A stretch of 63,150 nucleotides of DNA, the filler included, from Octopus bimaculoides (Eukaryota): assembly GCF_001194135.2 (NCBI RefSeq). It is 5 parts of 4 records of this genome, joined end to end, with 100 filler letters (N's around TTAATTAATTAA, not from the genome) between each part and the next. Parts side by side here need not be neighbours in the genome. Positions count along the whole stretch, not along the records: positions 56,070 to 61,395 come from NC_068986.1; positions 61,496 to 63,150 come from NW_026350948.1; 3 more parts are not named here. One strand, 5' to 3'. The position numbers were made by a program, and so were the translations under genes. Position 1 is the stretch's first letter. Every line of letters starts with the position of its first letter. Of the stretch, positions 60,133 through 63,150 are shown in pieces. The notes beneath the pieces were generated by a model that was given only the letters and a program-made list of their open reading frames with translations, was not told the DNA's origin and did not search any database.

Positions 60133-60799
60133 GTGAGTGTATCAAGACTGAATACTCAAGCTGTTTGCTTTGAAATTATAAAGTATCAGTTTCGATCATA
60201 GCACGTGATATCTTAGAAGAATGACTTTTGCTATTGCTTCAGATCAACTAAAGCCTTGAAAGTGAAGGTAGGTAGACGGAAACTGTGCGGAAACCCATCG
60301 ACGCGTTGTATCTGTAATTCAAAGGGTTGATGGAACTATTCCGATGGCTCCCTATAAAATCCTTTAAACTTGAGACGACATACTGTGATATCGATGATAA
60401 CGATGTTCACATATGCATGAACACACTAGGAAGCTACTACTGCAAAATATAGGATCTGAACGGGTAAAGGGCGATAATTATCCGTTTCATTTCATGACGC
60501 GAAACTTTGATGCGCACGAGATCTGAGATTTGGGATGGATTATCAATCTTTGATAAGCTTAAATCAATTTTTAACATTTTAGTCATATGATCGTACAAAA
60601 GTGTTGGTCTAGCTATTTCTAACCACAGGATAAAATTAGAAAAGACTTAATTAGTATATTTAGATAATTAATAACATCAAAAATACGACTACTTGTTAAA
60701 TTGTTAGACGTTTCATTAAATCTCAAACATGTAAATATGATCTACACATAAAACAAAATGGAAAACTCAACTACATCTTCAGACAAACAAACAAACATT

Positions 60800-60980
60800 C
60801 TACACTACTAAAAAAAAACCTCAGAAAACATTACGACAAAACGCTAAAACAAATATGGTGGTTGAAGGCGAAATACGCCAATTGCGACATCAGATGGAAG
60901 CTATTAGAGAAATGCATCTGGTTGAAGCCACCATGGGAGGATCAACACCAATACTCCTGCCCTCTATACTCCTTATGAGG
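60800..60980 (+). pseudogene. Decayed Penelope-like GIY-YIG C-terminal fragment
   Basis: A frame not in the ORF track reads KTLKQIWWLKAKYANCDIRWKLLEKC...YSCPLY, matching TKLSSYIWSLKEKGVSCKIHWKILVKC at 1365-1598. Confidence 0.55.
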
Positions 60981-61307
60981 GGCCAGCCGACATGCATTCC
61001 TTTATTTCGTCATTCTTTTTTTTCACTCCGCCTCTCTTTTCCCATTTCTTTATCCTTTATCTTTTCTACTAGCTACGCTTACATGTTCTCTCTCATTTCC
61101 CTTCATGTCATTCTACCTCACTCTATCTCTCTAAACTTTCTGTCTTTTGCTTCTCTTCTGTTTTCCATACTTAAATTCTACCCTTAACTTTCCTGTTGCC
61201 AGGAAAATCATTCTTCGCCTCTCAATCACATAATAGTTTCAAATATGTCTTTCAAAAAAATTCCGAATGACTTTTGTACGCAGACTTTCCTTTGCAGACA
61301 ACTTCAC

Positions 61308-61364
61308 TGCACATCTGACGAGCGTAAGTGTAGCGATCTTACACGAAACTCAGAATCATATGCA
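61308..61364 (+). ncRNA. Type I hammerhead-like motif, canonical core CUGACGA
   Basis: TGCACAT-CTGACGA-GCGTAAG(tgtagcgat)CTTACAC-GAAA-C(TCAGA)A-TC-ATATGCA. One mismatch in each of stems I, II and III. Confidence 0.6.
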
Positions 61365-61496
61365 TTCATTTGTTGGTCATATCGTCATTAAATTANNNNN
61401 NNNNNNNNNNNNNNNNNNNNNNNNNNNNNNNNNNNNNNNTTAATTAATTAANNNNNNNNNNNNNNNNNNNNNNNNNNNNNNNNNNNNNNNNNNNNT

Positions 61497-62808
61497 AGTA
61501 ACCAGAATGATATAGATGAAACAACCACACCTGAGAGAGGGTGCTTTGCAAAATGTAGCACGGCCAATAGCAAGGATAGCACGGCAAATGGCAGGGATAG
61601 AGACAAAAGTATAGGTAATAATAATGGTTGTCGTAATAGTGGAAATACTTGGTACGCCAATAGTAGGGGTGATGGTGATGTTGGAGGCGGCAATAAGAAA
61701 AAAATCATGTATGGGCCGAGACAACCGGTGCGGAATGGTGGTAACGGAGATGGTGGGAATAAAATCCTTACTGATAGAATTGCTAGTGATAGAGATAATA
61801 TAGATGGCACGGATGTAAATAATAGTGAACGAAATAATAACTTCAAAAACAATAATTGTAATAGGAATAACAGCGGCAGAAACGGTAACGGGAAGAGTAA
61901 TACTAATTCCAATGTTAGCAGTTATAATATTGGTAGATCCACATATAGCATAGGCAACCCTTATAAAGACAAAGCTGGGGCGGACACCCTATGGCTAATA
62001 ATTCCCTTCGCCATGCAGATTAAAAACGACATAGTNNNNNNNNNNNNNNNNNNNNNNNNNNNNNNNNNNNNNNNNNNNNNNNNNNNNNNNNNNNNNNNNN
62101 NNNNNNNNNNNNNNNNNNNNNNNNNNNNNNNNNNNNNNNNNNNNNNNNNNNNNNNNNNNNNNNNNNNNNNNNNNNNNNNNNNNNNNNNNNNNNNNNNNNN
62201 NNNNNNNNATGAATATCACAAGTAGCAATAGAAGTATTAAATATAGCGGAGGTAAGAATCCTAACACTGCTAACAACAATAGTAATGGGAATAACAGGGC
62301 CCTGGGGTTAAATGGAAGCGCACTAAATGGCAGTAGCATAACAAATCCTAACACTAATCACACTAACTATGGGCACCTAGGTAGAACTTGCAATTGTAGA
62401 GTAAAGGAAAGCTGCGTGTTCGGAAATAGCTGCATGAGAAGGGAAGTGGTATACCAATGTGTGGTAAACACAAAGTATGAAAACAGGGCATACGTGGGTG
62501 CGACTAAAAATAGTATGAAACAAAGATTTAATTATCACAACTGCACGTTTAGGAACGGGAACAGAAGGAATTCTACCGGATTAAGTAGCTACATATAGGA
62601 ACTAAAGGATAAGGGCATCAACTTTAACCTGCACTGGAAAATATTAGCATCCGCACCTGCATATAATAACAAAAATAGGAAATGCTTATTATGCATAAAT
62701 GAAATTTTTTTCCTAATTAAGACCAAAATCCCGATTATTAATAGTTTGAAGGAAAGAAACGTTTCATGCCTTCACAGAATTGGATGTACTTTCTCTAAAT
62801 TCAAGTAG
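61497..62808 (+). mobile_element. Penelope-like element 3' region: Asn-rich segments, CxC linker, GIY-YIG endonuclease (one internal TAG)
   Basis: Open frame 61497-62034 ends LWLIIPFAMQIKNDI. After the gap it reads TCNCRVKESCVFGNSC..EVVYQCVV..AYVGATKNSMKQRFNYH...LSSYI*ELK...HWKIL...CLLCINE...SCLHR. CxC linker plus C-terminal EN is compatible with the Hydra-type PLE clade (inference). Confidence 0.8.
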
Positions 62809-63150
62809 AACTCAGGTCTAGATACCGCGCATGTTTTAAATAATACATATCTAAGTTAACCACTATTCTTATGCTAGGTTATGGCATATGTAATTCTGTT
62901 ATCTACATACATATATCTAATATAATAAAATACCTAGTACTAGGACACCGCTTTTCGCTAGCGATAACTAATTATACCCTGCTGACATTGGGCTGGCTAA
63001 CACTTGATACTTAAGTGAACATATATGTGGGTGCATAGATGTGCATGTGTATGTATGTATATATATGTATATATATCGAGACCTTTGGAAATGTGCTGTC
63101 CGTGAGAAGACCTGGCAAGCCAAGTGAGATCGTTGCCAGGGCCCCTGGAC

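Noticed and set aside
62596-62598. Possible recoded stop in the PLE endonuclease (selenoprotein PLEs exist in other clades)
   Set aside because: The stop is TAG at a conserved Trp (TGG to TAG), which is ordinary decay rather than TGA/Sec.

Overview
This is eukaryotic, AT-rich, microsatellite-dense scaffold DNA with many N gaps. The SINE and LINE repertoire points to an octopus genome, which is an inference. I can support no complete host protein-coding gene; the window is mostly transposon-derived. It holds three diverged Tx1/L1-type LINEs (3.7-9.1 kb on +; 19.1-20.7 kb and 20.8-24.5 kb on -), a CR1-type 3' end, three RTE-clade fragments and an R4/Dong-type RLE remnant. It also holds three Penelope-like (PLE) GIY-YIG fragments, a DDE transposase remnant, hAT and Tc1/mariner MITEs, a Helitron-like element and at least four SINE families. 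The most interesting signal, absent from the ORF track, is seven type I hammerhead-ribozyme-like folds from about six sequence-distinct families. Two copies share a non-canonical CUGUUGA core, one has a CCGAUGA core, and one sits inside a tRNA-headed SINE, suggesting a Pol III retrozyme-like system parasitising PLEs. Other notable observations are a recent inverted templated insertion at 33.8-35.2 kb, an in-frame ORF1-endonuclease fusion in one Tx1 copy, Asn-rich expansions in a PLE ORF, and several unexplained hairpins and candidate exons. All folds and alignments were done by eye; nothing was searched against databases.
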